Shown here one piece after another: positions 44,664 to 58,423 of a stretch of 64,000 bases of DNA; position 1 is the first letter of the stretch, and every line of letters starts with the position of its first letter. Position numbers and translations under genes: made by a program. The notes under the pieces are model-generated. The model was not told where the DNA came from. It worked only from the letters and a program-made list of their open reading frames with translations, and made no database searches. This DNA is from the human T2T-CHM13v2.0 reference genome, Homo sapiens, in assembly GCF_009914755.1 (NCBI RefSeq), contig NC_060925.1, one strand, 5' to 3'.

Positions 44664-45519
44664 TAGCAGTGCTTAACTCAAATACCTGTTTTCTGGACCC
44701 ACAGTCTGCACCCTTTCTACCAGACTGAACCACGCCGGCACCAAGCTTGCATCCTCGCCTATTTACCATTATTGCCTCCTCACAGTCTCACTCCAGGCTG
44801 GGTTTTATCATCTTACAGAGGACCTTCAAGGGGAAAGTCCCTTGCCCGGGAGTCAAAAGGGCAGAGTTCTGATGTTGGCCTTATAGAAAAGGATACCTAT
44901 CATGAGGATCATAGATGCAGTTGCCTGTGTAAGGGAATATTTGGTGGCTGCTTCTGTAGAACCGGCTCATGGTGACACCAGGTGAATCTCCTTCCCTGTC
45001 CAGATCTCAGCCTCCTCATCTGTAAAATGTGAATGACTGATCTCTTCTGTCCTACGTATTCCTTCCTAAGAGAAGATAATGAGATAAGGAAGCAGCGGAC
45101 ACCCTGAAGGATGCAACTCCTGCAACTTCTCTAAAACTGTTCTTGCCTCCAGACTGGCTTCTCTCCAATCTGTTCCCTGCTCAGGAGCTAAAGGGACCTT
45201 CCTATGGTGCTGATGTGTCCAGATCACCTCCTGGCCTCAAACTCTTCCATTCTTCCCACTGCCCTCAGTTGAGATCCAGGCTCCTTGCTGTGGCTTGCAA
45301 ACCCTCCATGGGTTCCCTGCCAGTCTCTCCAGTCTCAGTTCCCCCTCAGTGCCCTTTGCTCTCAGGCACCACCCACAATGGATTTCTCCATGCTTCTCTT
45401 TCCCATTGAGCTCACCCAAATCTTTGAGGAGCTTGACTATGATCTTCCCCACCTTACACAAGTGGGTTCATGCCACCCCCTCCAGGTAGACTTCCATGAT
45501 CACCAAGATGAGGTTGGCC

Positions 45520-46000
45520 CTGTGCTCTCTGGCCCCCACAGAGAGCTGCTCTCACACTGCTTCTCCCATTTATAGGTGGAGCCGATTCCTCGCCCTTTGA
45601 ATATGGGCTGGCCCTGGTCACTTGCTCAACCAGTGGAATGCTGTGGCAGTGATGCCCTGGGACCTCCGTGGCCAGGTCATAAGAAGCTTTACAACATCTG
45701 TCTGGGTTTCTGAGAATGCTTACACAGGGGAAGCCAGCTGCCATGTAACGAGTCTCACTGCCCCAAGTCCGCCATGCTAGGAAGAAGGTCATTTTGGCCA
45801 GGTTGGGAGAAAGAGAGAGAGACACCTGGCTAGCATCAGCTGATCTGGCCATCCCAGCGGCGGTGTTATACATGCGAGTAAAGAAACATCTTGAACTCCC
45901 AGTTAACCTGTAGAACTGTGGGAGATCATCATAAATTTATATTTTAATCCACTGAGTTGTGAGGGTGGTTTCTTACATGAGAACACATCCTCAAAACAGG
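45520..46000 (+). mobile_element. MLT1-type LTR
   Basis: cccctttgaatatgggctggccctggtcacttgctcaaccagtggaatg...agccagctgccatgt. Confidence 0.7.
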
Positions 46001-46074
46001 TCCCCTGCTGTGTGCACTCACAGGACCCTGAGCTTCTCCTCTTAAGCATCCATCATGCGTTGTTGTGATTACTC

Positions 46075-46495
46075 ATATTGGCAGAGAGGTTGACTATTCA
46101 ACCAAGACTCTGCTTCCCTTCCATAGGTAGTGTAGTTGTTGGAAAGCGGTCACCCAGCCAGAGGCTACCTTTTCAAGCCCCCTTTGCAGCTTGGCAGGTT
46201 CTGAGTTCACCTTTGCTGAGATTGTGAGCAAAGGTGATGTGCATCACTTCCAGTCCTGGCCTACAAGCATGTCCTATGCAGTTTCTGTACTTCCTGTTTT
46301 CCTCTGTCTATCAGTTGGATGTGACTTTGGGAACATACGTTGAAGATGAAGGTGCTTCCATCAGCCTGCGTCCCAGAGAACTCCCTTCCTCACCCACAGA
46401 TGGACTTTTAGGCAGGAGAGAAATAGACTTCTACTTTAAGCCACTTGAGATTGGAGGGTGGTGGTGGTTCTACTACACATCATCTTAACAATACA
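46075..46495 (+). mobile_element. MLT1-type LTR
   Basis: gatgtgcatcacttccagtcctggcc...tttaagccacttgagattgg. Confidence 0.65.
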
Positions 46496-46500
46496 CGTGT

Positions 46501-46729
46501 TCATTGCCAATTAATCATGTACTCCGGGACATTCTTTTGCTGTTTTCCTCTGTCTCCTCAATGTGTCCATAAGCTCCCAACCAAGAAGACCCTTGTGTAC
46601 CTCGACCTCAACCCTTAGCTTGGAATTGGGAAACATCCCCGGCTTGATCAGTATGTGTCAAACAATAACAGTAAGAACTCTGGTACCCAGACAAAGGAAA
46701 TGCCTTAGCAATGTCTCTCAGCCAGCCAG
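46501..46729 (+). repeat. Copy 2 of the ~230-bp direct duplication
   Basis: See partner 44434-44663. Confidence 0.93.
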
Positions 46730-46959
46730 GACATGAGACACAGTTTAATTCTCTTGTCACCAGCTAGACTGTAAGCACCATGGTGGCAGAGACAGCCTCT
46801 GCCTTGTTCTCCAACGTATCGATGCACTAACCCAAAGCCTGGCATAGAGTGGACATTCAGTAAACACCTGGTGAGTGCATGCTCTCTTTATTTACTTTCC
46901 TGCCTGGGTTATCTGAATCACACTTCACCTCCAGGCTAAGCTTTGATGGCTCGACTATC

Positions 46960-47520
46960 ATGCCCAGCCAGGTGGCGAAACTGAATGCAAAAATTCCTTG
47001 TAGAAAGCTGGGAAATCCAGCTTTCAATTCCTCCCATTTCTTTGGCTTGATTTTAATGACTGATGTTTTTTAGGTCTTTTTTTTTTTTTAAGGTAGGGGA
47101 GGGTTAGGCGGTGGCAGCTTCATTTTAATCAGAAGCTAAAAGGCTCATTGGTTTTTCTGATATCCTTTGAATGGACTCCTTCTCCACAGACAGCTCCTCA
47201 CAGCTGTTAGGACTTCAAATTCCTCATGCATTGATGGGGGCAGAGAAAAGATATGAAAGGCTTTTCGGCTGACACAAAAGAGGGGAAAAATGTGGAATAA
47301 AAACGACAATGTGGTTAATACATAAAATGGTGAAATTTCTGGCACTCGCTGTATCATTAATCTGTCTAAAGTGGCTTTGATCTCCTCTGCTTTAATTAAC
47401 TTGTAATTATAACGCGATGATTTCTGCAGCGGGCAGAATCTGGGAGCTGGGCCCTGAAAGAGACTTCAGCCTCCGAGAGGCAGCCTAACGCAGTATGTGT
47501 GGCATCCGCCTGTCAGAAAG
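46960..47520. promoter_or_regulatory. Candidate conserved developmental enhancer
   Basis: Repeat-free and AT-rich within a GC-richer background; many TAAT cores, SOX (acaatg, acaaaag), TCF (ctttgat 47375-47381), posterior HOX (cataaaa). Confidence 0.55.
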
Positions 47521-47904
47521 AGTGCTTCCCACATCTGCCCTTGCACACGTGCACACACATGCACCTTCAGAACCCAGGCTTCCCCATCACATGCTGTCAT
47601 GGGATAGTAGCTATGTGTTCAACCAGCTGCTCAGATCCTACATCTGAGTTGGGGGTTACTGGGCAGCATGTCACAGGTTAAGTTGGTAGAGAAGCAGGAG
47701 ATATCATCTCTGAATGCCATTTCATTCTCATGACAACTTTGGCAGGTGGCTATGATTAGTCCTACTTCCTGGATGAGGACACTGAGGCACAGTTTAGTTC
47801 TCTTGTGTAAAGCTTCCCACTGAAAAGGTGGCTGCAGTAAATTGACATGTGGACCTCGACTCCTCACCCCACCCTAGCCTTGGCCTCACTATGAATGGAA
47901 TGCC

Positions 47905-48205
47905 CTTCTCCACTCCTGACAGTGAGTTTGGCCATGAAGCTTGTTTCAGTGGCTGGCACATTGGTGAAGGTGCCAATGGGTGCAGTTCTGAGGCTTTGGC
48001 CTTCCACGCTTGTGTGTGTTTCCATGGATTCCCTTGTGCTGCAGCCTTAGCTATGAGAACATGCCCAGTTTTGCCGTCAGGTCCCCAAGGGGAGGGTGAG
48101 AGACAGGTGGAACACAGTTGCCCCCATGGAGGTCAGCTAGGATCAGCCACCCCCCGCAGACCTGCAGGTGCATGAGTGGGAAGAAGTAATTGCTTTTGGA
48201 AGTCA
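47905..48205 (+). mobile_element. MLT1-type LTR fragment
   Basis: tttggccatgaagcttgtttcagt...tatgagaacatgcccag. Confidence 0.55.
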
Positions 48206-48527
48206 ATGAGTTTTGAGGCAGCAAGAGCTAACCAATAGATTGGAGGGACTGGAATTCAAACCCCAGCCCCTAGGTCCATCTGTCTTTAAGGTCCATGCTC
48301 TTTCCTTAATGCCATGTGTCCTCAGTGCTGAGGGCCTTCTAGGCAACCAGTCCAGTGTTTTGCAGACTGGTGAGGGTGGGGAGGAGAAGAACTTAGTTCC
48401 CAAACTCTGCCCCCATCACCCCCACACCAACCAGAGTTACTCTGCTTTGATCTGCCTTGCACTGGCCTTCTCTGTAATACTTCATTGAGAGGATGTGTTC
48501 TGTTGCTTAAAAATGTTTGAAAACCAC

Positions 48528-48822
48528 GGCTGGGTGTGGTGGCTCACGCCTGTAATCCCAGCACTTTAGGAAGCCAAGGTGAATAGATCACAAGGTTAGG
48601 AGTTCAAGACCAGCCTGGCCAAGATGATGAAACCCCATCTCTACTAAAAATACAAAAAATTAGCTGGGCGTGGTGGCAGGCACCTGTAATTCCAGCTACC
48701 TGGGAGGCTGAGGCAGAGAATTGCTTGAACCTAGGAGGCAGAGGTTGCAGGGAGCCGAGATCGCACCACTGCACTCCAGCCTGGGCGACAGAGCGAGACT
48801 CTGTCTGAAAAAAAAAAAAAAA
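48528..48822 (+). mobile_element. AluS
   Basis: Full dimer; TSD gtttgaaaaccac. Confidence 0.92.
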
Positions 48823-48984
48823 GTTTGAAAACCACGAATCTACTCTAACTCCCTCATTGTACAAGTGAGGAAACAGAGGCCCAGGGAGAGGCAGTGACTT
48901 GGCAAAGACCACAGCTGTTTAGTGTGGTCCTGGTGGAGCCAAGATTACAAGCTTTCCCAAGCCCCTTCGAAAATGATGTCATGA

Positions 48985-49260
48985 GGCTGGGCGTGGTGGC
49001 TCATGCCTGTAATCCCAGCATTTTGGGAGGTTGAGGTGGGTGGATCAATTTAGACCAGCTTGGCCAACATGGCAAAACCTCATCTCTACTAACAGTACAA
49101 AAATTAGCTTGGCGTGGTTGTGAGTGCCTGTAATTCCAGCTACTCAGGAGGCAGAGGCACAAGAATCACTTGAACCCAGTAGGCAGAAGTTGCAGTGAGT
49201 CGAGATCGTGCCACTGGCCTCCCTGGGCAACAGACAAAAAAAAAAAAAATTAAAATTAAA
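48985..49260 (+). mobile_element. AluS with small deletions
   Basis: TSD gaaaatga(tg/ca)tcatga. Confidence 0.9.
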
Positions 49261-52200
49261 GAAAATGACATCATGATATATGTCATGAATCTTCAGGATA
49301 GAAGGACTGGGCAGGGAGAGCAGTGAGGCAGCAGATTGCAAAACTAAGGCTCTGAGTGGTGAAGCCCTGGGTGTGGAGGCCTCTGCCGTCTGAGACTTTC
49401 CCAGAGCTCGTGGGAGCCAAGCTCACATGTGAGGGAGATAAGGAGATTGCCTTTCCAAGAAGGAAGCCAACAGAAGAGAAATCCACCTGAAGAGGGAGGA
49501 GAGAGAAATCCAGCTTAGAAAGACACAGTCTGAGCCCCTGGATCAGGCTGTGCCTGAAGTCCATCCTGTCCTAGACTTACGAGTTGATTGAGCAAATAAA
49601 ATCCCCCTGGCCTAGGCCAGTCTGGGAATGGGTTTTTCATCCCCAGATGAGGGGATGAGGTTTCACTGCCTCTAGGCTCCCTGGCAAACAAATGCATGTT
49701 TCTCCAGAAGAGGTTAAAATTAAAAGGGAATAATTCAAATAGTGATTTTTTTCTAGTAATTTCTTCTTGGGGTCACTTCTGATCATATGTTTAAAAATAA
49801 GGTGGGCTCAGGGCTGAGAGGATCCTGTGGTCTGTATTCTCTTATCCAACCCTCATTGGCCTCTTTGATACTCTCTGCTTGCAGTGCTCTGGGCCATGAA
49901 TCAGGAACCAGAGACCAACGTTCTACTGTTGAAACGCTGTGTGACCTTGAAAAAGTCACTTATCCTTTCTGGAGTTCAGGCTAATTGGTGCTTGTGGCTT
50001 CAAAAGGGGTCTCAGGTCCCTTCCAGCTCCCAGGCCCCTTGCCTCCAAGCCTGCAGCAGTACATCTCGCCTCTGAGCCCCTGCAGATGGTTCTCTCTCTG
50101 CCTGAAACACCATTTCTCCCCAGCTAGCTGGAATCATCTTTCCAAATTCAGCACAGCTCACTTTCCTCAGGGAAGCCTTGCTGACTTGGCTCCTGCCCCA
50201 ACTAGCGTGGGCGTCCCCTGTCTGGGCTCCCATTGGTTGCTGTTGAGCTGGGTGGCGTTCTCCTCTGTGCAACACTGATGGGACCATTCAGAGATACAAC
50301 TGGAGACTCTGGCATCCTCAGTACATGTAGATCCGCCCTGATGCTGGGAAAATGGGCCTCTATTTAGCAAACAACCTCTCGTGGTGGCAGAGTTTGGAGC
50401 CAGAGGTTGTGGAGGTGGCCCACGGCAATGTGCACCTGTTACTGGCATCTCTCTTCCCCAACCCCGCTTTCCTCTGCTTTCTGTCTAGCCTTTACATGTA
50501 TTTCCACCTTCACTCCTTTGTCCTTGCTCTCCTCCCCTTTCCTTGTCATCCTTCCCCTTCAAATAACCTCACAGACCCAGGGCCATGGCAAGCTCAGTTC
50601 CTCCAAGAAAACTGACTCCCTGGCATTGCACCTGGCGGGCTCCAGCCCCCTGCACGTCTCTTATTTCTCACGAGAGTCAGCCTTGTTCTCCCAGCCTGAC
50701 CATCAAGCACCCCTGGGCAGGACTCTGAGTCCCAGCTCTGGCTCTCCAGCATCTGGCTCAGGGCTGGGCACAAAGCTGTCTCCTGTTAAACTGTTGAATG
50801 ACACATATTTGTGTTTCTAGTTGTGCTCAGTGAAAGGCTAGGGACACATAGGCAGCATCTTGCTAATCTGCTCAGCAATTCCATGAGGTTGTCATTCACT
50901 GATTCATTCATTCATTCATTCATTCACCCATCCAACATATTTCTTGAGCACCTTCTGTGAATCAGGCACTGCATTGGGCGCTGGGATGTGGTGGGGTCCA
51001 TGGCTTCCTGTGGGAAATCGAGGCACACAGTGATGAAGGGGCTTGCTCAAGGCCACACACCTGGTTTGAGGTATTTAGGATTCAGACCCAGACCTGTCTC
51101 ACTCTTAGTATTGAGCTCCTAACTGCTGTGCAAACTGCATCTGCAGACCCCGCTTCCCTGAGCATGCTTTTCCTTCCAGGCTCCATCTCTCTCCTTTTGC
51201 CATGCTGTCATTACTCACCCACCCACTCACTGGATATCACTAATTCAATCATCCGTTTACTCAGCCATGCATGTATTTATTCACTCTTTCTTTCTTTCAT
51301 TCTTTCATTCAGGCTCTTCCTAAACTCCTGGCCTGCCCAGACAATGTGCTGGGCATTGGGCACAGCCAACATCAATCCTAGAATCCAAGTTGGGGTTTCC
51401 AGGGCCAAGATCCCAGCAGCATTGTGGGAGGGAGAGAGGGAGAGGGGCCCATCCCCACCAGGTCTGGGCCAGCCAGGTGTTTCTCCAGGTGTGGTCAGCC
51501 CCAGATGAGGTGGGCAGGTGAGATGACAGGGCTACAGAGGACAACGTTGGGAGCCCTAGAGAGTCAGGAGCAAAACTGTGGGTGAATGTCAGTATTTTTG
51601 GACAGGAAATAAGTGCTATGCAAATGGAATGCAAAACTATGCAAATCATGAGCATTCAATTTCAGTCCAAAGCTACTTTTGGTAATAAGTCTGTGGCAGG
51701 GCTGGTAATTGGCAGGGAGGGTGCATTACATGTCCCGCCTTTGAGGGGAAGGCAGAGCTGTGCTGGGGGGTTGTACTCTGAGGCAGTCTGTGATAGCTGC
51801 TGATATGGGGGGTCATTATGGGGCTGGGCAGTGTGGGGTGCAAGGGAAAACAAAAGCAGTCATGACTGGGGTGAGGTGGGATTTCTGGGAAGAGGCAGGG
51901 TTTGAGAGGAAGATACAAGTCTGAAACCAACACCAACCACTGAGTAAGGAGGTACCTCTCAGGCAGGGGTGCAAGGGCAAGGAGGCAAAGTGAGTGGTCA
52001 CCTGGGCATGGGATTTGGAGCGCATGGACATGGGGTAAAGAGAAGCCAGGAAAGGTGAGCAGGACCACAGTCTGAAGAAGTTTGGCCTAGAGCCAGGGTG
52101 AAAAGCCCAGATGCTTCCAGAGGCCAGCATTAATGGGAGGAATCAACTGTTGTCTGCATTTTAAATACATGGAAATATCCATCACTTCCATAAAGAAACA

Positions 52201-52412
52201 TGCTGTCTTTATTTTCTTTGAATTCATAGGCCCTCAAGGTCTATCTTTTGTTTGCCAACTTTTGACAGAGACACATACAGGGAGCTTTCTCTAAAACCAC
52301 AAAGCCAAGAGCAGAAGATCCATGGTGACTGTGCTCAGACTCCTCATGGGGGAACAGGAGTTAGTGACGAGGACAGGGTCAGAGTGCGGGGATGGTGCAT
52401 ATTCTACTCTAG

Positions 52413-52937
<525 letters not shown>

Positions 52938-53179
52938 TAGTACACTGTATGTACAAAAAGAAAAAAAAAGAAAGGAAATGGAAAGATGGGAAATCTGAAG
53001 GCCAGGAACAACCAGTTGAGGCCTTTCTGATGGAAGCTGGGTTCAGGAAGGAGAGAAGGCTGGAGTTGGGAAGGGCCGGTATCAGGCAGGGCCCACACTT
53101 ATGTCCATTGGCCGCAGGTCAGCAAAGCAGCTTTGGTGATCTTGACTGGGTTCTCTCACGTATGGGACCTGACTAGGAC

Positions 53180-53475
53180 GACTGAACTGATTGAGTTCTG
53201 CTTATTCCTCCAGAAGTCTCATCCAAGAATGTTCTCACCAGAGGTAGAAAGGCAAAGCAGAGACCAAAACTCATATAACTCTTGAGACAAGGGTTTGAAA
53301 CTGGCATATAGGCATGACTATTGATCAAAAAACCTTCATGGCCAAGCCCAGATTCAAGGGCTAAGGACACAGGTTCTTACTCTTGATGGGCAGAGCTGCA
53401 AAGTCCCATTGCAATGGGTGTGGATGCAAGGATAGATGGAGAAATAGGGCCATTTTTGCAGTTCATATACAACAG
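53180..53475 (-). mobile_element. MLT1-type LTR fragment
   Basis: catggccaagcccagattcaaggg...ctcttgatgggcagagctgcaaagtcccattgcaatggg. Confidence 0.65.
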
Positions 53476-53959
53476 CAGAGCTTTGGGTAAGTCGCTCGCT
53501 CTATCTGGCCCTGTTTTGTCATCTGTAAAACAAAGACATTGCATAGGATGTTGTTTCTAGCTCAGATGACTTGTGGACCCACTTCATCCCAGGCTTCCAG
53601 GGCCCATCTGGATTCTAGCTGGCCACAGTGAGGAGGAGGCTCTTGCCTCCGCCTCTTCTCTGCTGGGCCCAGCAAGTGCCTGCTCTGGGATCCTGGGCAT
53701 CTTTCATCTGAAATCAGTAGCTCCTCTTGTTTCTTAATGGGCTCCCTGATGGTCAGCAGCTGTGGTAGAGTCATGGGGAGAGATGCATTAGTGTCTCTCA
53801 TGGCCCTGAGAGGCATTCATTCTTAATGGAGGAGGGGATGTGGTTGATTTGGTCTCCCCATTGTTTGAGATATTAATGAAGTTTTTATGGATGCCACCTT
53901 GGTGGAGAGGGTGACACAAAGGAGAGAACTATCTTACAGACTCAGTTTCTACATGCTGA

Positions 53960-54434
<475 letters not shown>

Positions 54435-56356
54435 CATCAGTCTGCTTAAGGCCTTCTGTGTGTTAATCCAGCTACTGTTAATCCAGCTACAGACAGTACA
54501 GAGATGAATAAAACATAGCCCCAGCACTGTAGAGGGGAGGACACACAAATAATCGGTCAATGCACCATTCTGGGTGTTGGGTGCAGCCAAGCATGGAGAA
54601 AGGAACCACGCAGAGTAAATTCTGCCCCAGGCCTGAGAGGGAACTGTACTCAGGCTGAAACCTAGAGATAGATGTGGCTGGCTTTCTGCAGGCTCAAACC
54701 GCTGTCCTATTGATGGGTCCCATGCTGCCTTCCAACATGTAAAGGATGAAGGGACACCACAGGATGGAATATGAGGATCAGAGCTTTGCCCATCGTGGAC
54801 CTGCATTTAAGAAGCTGAACCATGAGAGTCTTCATAGATGAACACCATGGTGATGGGATGTGTACCTCTGGGAGCCTTGGTACTAAGCTTCTGACATCAT
54901 CCTGTGGCCTGGGCCCCAAGGAATGGCCACTCCCTCCTACCCCTGCTGCACTTGATCAGCTGTGAATAAGCATCCCAAGCCCCTTGCTTTGTGGCCACCT
55001 GTGGGAAGGGCTACTGAGGAGCCAACTTCAGGTAAGAAGTCGTATAGGTGGAGTGATGGCCCTGGGCTCCATCCACCACAAAACTCCCTACAAGAGTGGG
55101 TGGAGGTGGGGGCCAGGAAGTCAAGGAGACCCTTTTCTTCAGTAAGACAGAGCCCAACCCACACTCCTAAATAGATATGGTTAACTTCTTTTGCAGCCAC
55201 AGAAAAATGTCTTTGACCTCAAAATTATGCAAATAATTTTAGAAAAACCCCTGAAGTCCACCTTGAACCTCAGGATAAGAGCTCCAACCTAAGAAGATTG
55301 GTTCAACTAATTAGAGTTCCGACTCAGACCAATAAAACTTTCTCGTATCATTAGAGAAAGCTGGTACCCAAGATGGGAAAGAAAAGGCTTTTGCCTGTAA
55401 TTTTCAACTGCTGGCTCCCTGCTCCTGGGAGATGTAGCCACCCAGGAAGACCAGGGAAAGCAGCCATTTCTTTCTGTAGCTAGAGCCAGGACATGCCAGG
55501 CAAGAAGGAAATTTCACATCCAACGTGAACCTTTTTGCCATGGAAAACCTCAGTATCGATTCATCACTTATTACCTCTCTAGTTCCAAAGATGGATTATG
55601 TAGATATGTAAAATAAGTGTAACAAATAAAGGAAATACATTTAAAATGTACAAGAATTGGCCAATTTTGCAATATTTCACCTCAATTTTATATGCTGTCA
55701 AATACACTTGAAATACATGTGCGCTAAGCATGACAAATACATAGAAACTAAAGCTCTATTATTTTGCTGTAATGGGCCGGGGGAATAGCTCTGAAATAAT
55801 ATTCTTCTGTCTGCAATAAAGGCTTTTCTCTGAAGCTGTCTTAATGCTGTGAACAAAGCCTGGAGATCTCTCAAGGGCTCCTTCTCTTGAATTACTGCCC
55901 CTCTCAAGGCCTTCTGCCATGATAAGTTCACCAACCACCTGGCGGGTGGATAGGGACCGAGACGGTGAAGCAGCGGGGTTGAGGGAGCATAAGCTGCCAC
56001 GCACAGGCTGGTAGGGGTGGAGAGGATGGGTGAGTGTGAGAAGGCACACCCAGAACCAACAGTGTCTGGGTGGCAGTTGTGCCATGCTCAGTCCCCACAC
56101 TCTGGAGACGCACCTTATCTGTCAACATCTACACTTAGGCAGCAGCCCTCAGGAACACCGGAGGTCAATTCAGCTTGAGAGCTGGACTCCTCTTAAGTGA
56201 CCATGTGGCATGGGCAGCCCACTACCCAGCAGGAGGCGGGGGAAGAGTCTAAAGGCCTCAGGGAATCAGACTCTGCAGCCAGTCAGTGTCAGAGCTGCAC
56301 TCTGCTGTTCACAGACTCTGCTCTGGGTCAGGTCTCATAACTTCTCAGAGACTCAC

Positions 56357-56521
56357 TTTTTTTTTTTCTTTTTGAGACGGAGTCTTGCTCTGTTGCTCAG
56401 GCTGGAGTGCGCTGGGTCCATGATCGCTCACTGCAGCCTCCACCTCCTGGGTTCAAGTGATCCTCTGCCTCATTCTCTCCAGTAGCTGGGCTTACAGGTG
56501 TGTGCCACTACCCCCTGCTAA

Positions 56522-56570
<49 letters not shown>

Positions 56571-56688
56571 TTGTAGAGATGGGGTCTTGCTATGTTGCCC
56601 AGGGTAGTCTGGAACTCCTGGGCTCAAGTGATCCTCCCGCCTCAACCTCCCAAAGTACTGGGATTATGTTTGATCACTGCACCAGGCC
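56357..56688 (-). mobile_element. AluJ with (TTA)n expansion in its linker (~56524-56570)
   Basis: TSD gagactca. Confidence 0.9.
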
Positions 56689-57611
56689 GAGACTCAATTT
56701 TTTTTTGCTATGAAATAGTCATAACAATTCCAGCCTTATTGGATTGCTGTCACCTCACCCTCCATCTCCAAGGGATGTTATTTACTTTGTACTCTAAGTA
56801 GATGATGCTCCCTGAAGTTGTGCAGTGTGCTACCTGTGCAGCAGTACATGGCAGCTGTGTATGATGTAAAGACCCCAGCACACAGTAGGTATGTAATAGG
56901 TAATAGCTGTTATTATCATTGTGATTCTTATTCCTAAGTACAACTAGCTCTAGAATATTGTATTTGGAAGGGGTCCAGAGGGGGGCTGTTTCCCAGAGTG
57001 ATTAAAAGAGAGGACATTGGTGAAAGTTGCTTAATCTCTCTTTGCCTTAGTTGCCTCCTCCATCAAATGATGATAATAAGAGAGCCTATGGCAGGGGTTG
57101 CTGTGAGGATTTAGTCTGATAATTCAAGTTCAAGCCTTTGTTGGGCAGTGTCTGCCACAAGGCAGATGTTGAAAATGTTAGTTCCCACAGAGTATCTGGA
57201 TAATAGAGGGAGAGTGTGTCCATCACGAGGCTGAGAGCAGTCAGCAGCGCCACACCAGATGCACCCACAGCATGTGGATCAACTGCAAAAATCCAGGGCT
57301 GGAACAGAAATGCCATTTAGTATCCTGAAAATGCACAGACTAAACAGCAATGTGCATTTCATAAAAGGACATACAAAGAGAATACACATAAAACATGTCA
57401 GAAGGGTTGCCTACCGAAACGAAGGTAACGGGAGTGGAAATTGAGGATAAGGGGGAACATGTAGTTGAATAAGAATGGGATGCGACAAAACCATAATTAG
57501 CTGGTGTCAGTCTCTGGGCAGGGCTCTTTCTTGGAGCCACAAGTGGCAGATCACTTTCAGGTGCTTAGTCACTCCCTCCTGGGGTGCAGAAGCTCTGTCA
57601 GCCCTGGTGGC

Positions 57612-57694
57612 ATTTTTCGAGTTTTCAACTAATCAGTTTGAGAAGGGGTTCCTCAGCCTATTTAAATTCAATCGGTTACTTTTCTTTCTACTTG
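57612..57694 (+). repeat. Diverged direct duplication (partner 58424-58513)
   Basis: Shared colinear exact blocks ttttcaactaatc, gttcctcagcc, ggttacttttctttc. Confidence 0.8.
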
Positions 57695-57695
57695 C

Positions 57696-57773
57696 ATGGC
57701 TTTTGTGGACTTTCCGAGCTCTGAAATTCTAGCCCCATTGAATTTCAGAGCTCGGAAAGTCCACAGAAGCCAT
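57696..57773 (+). other. Near-perfect 34-bp hairpin/cruciform (pre-miRNA-like geometry)
   Basis: Arms 57696-57729 and 57740-57773 are complementary at 33/34 positions; 10-nt loop tagccccatt. Confidence 0.9.
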
Positions 57774-58423
57774 CCAGTCCACTCAACTTCCAGACAAGGG
57801 GAAGCAAGAGAAAGACAGTGGAGTGGACAGCATGGCCCATGGGGCCAGTGACTGTGGAGAAGTTTTAATATGAACAATGCTGAATGCCTTACGGTAACCT
57901 CGCCTTGCAGGGTAACCTTCCCACCAGCACTCCACATATGGAATTGAGCCTGCTACATGCAATGCCTCCTGTAATGGTTTTGGAGAAAATCAGGAAAATG
58001 GGACAGGGTTCTGTAGCTGGACCAGTGCAGCTGCAGGGGATGACAGAGTCTGATGGGGAGAACTCTGTGCCGGAGGTGACCACATGCACCTGCTCCCCTA
58101 AGAGAGCTCAGAAAACTTGAGGAGGGCATCAGGCTTGCCACAGAATGTCTGATAAGAGACTTGAGTCAATTACATTTTTATATTAAAGGCCAGGGGTCCT
58201 CGTCTTATACTGAGCCATAAGAGGAAGCGGGAAGCATTACCAACCAGCTTGTCCGTGGGGTTCTCCCAGCATCTTGTGGGCATGTCACCAACATTGCAAA
58301 GGAGGCAGAACTAAAACTGCTGGACTGGGCGGTGTCAGGCAGAGACATGAACGTTTTCTAGTTGAAAAATGAATGAATGAGCAGTGGATGTTCTGTGCAG
58401 CACCTGTTACCTAATTTTGTGTA

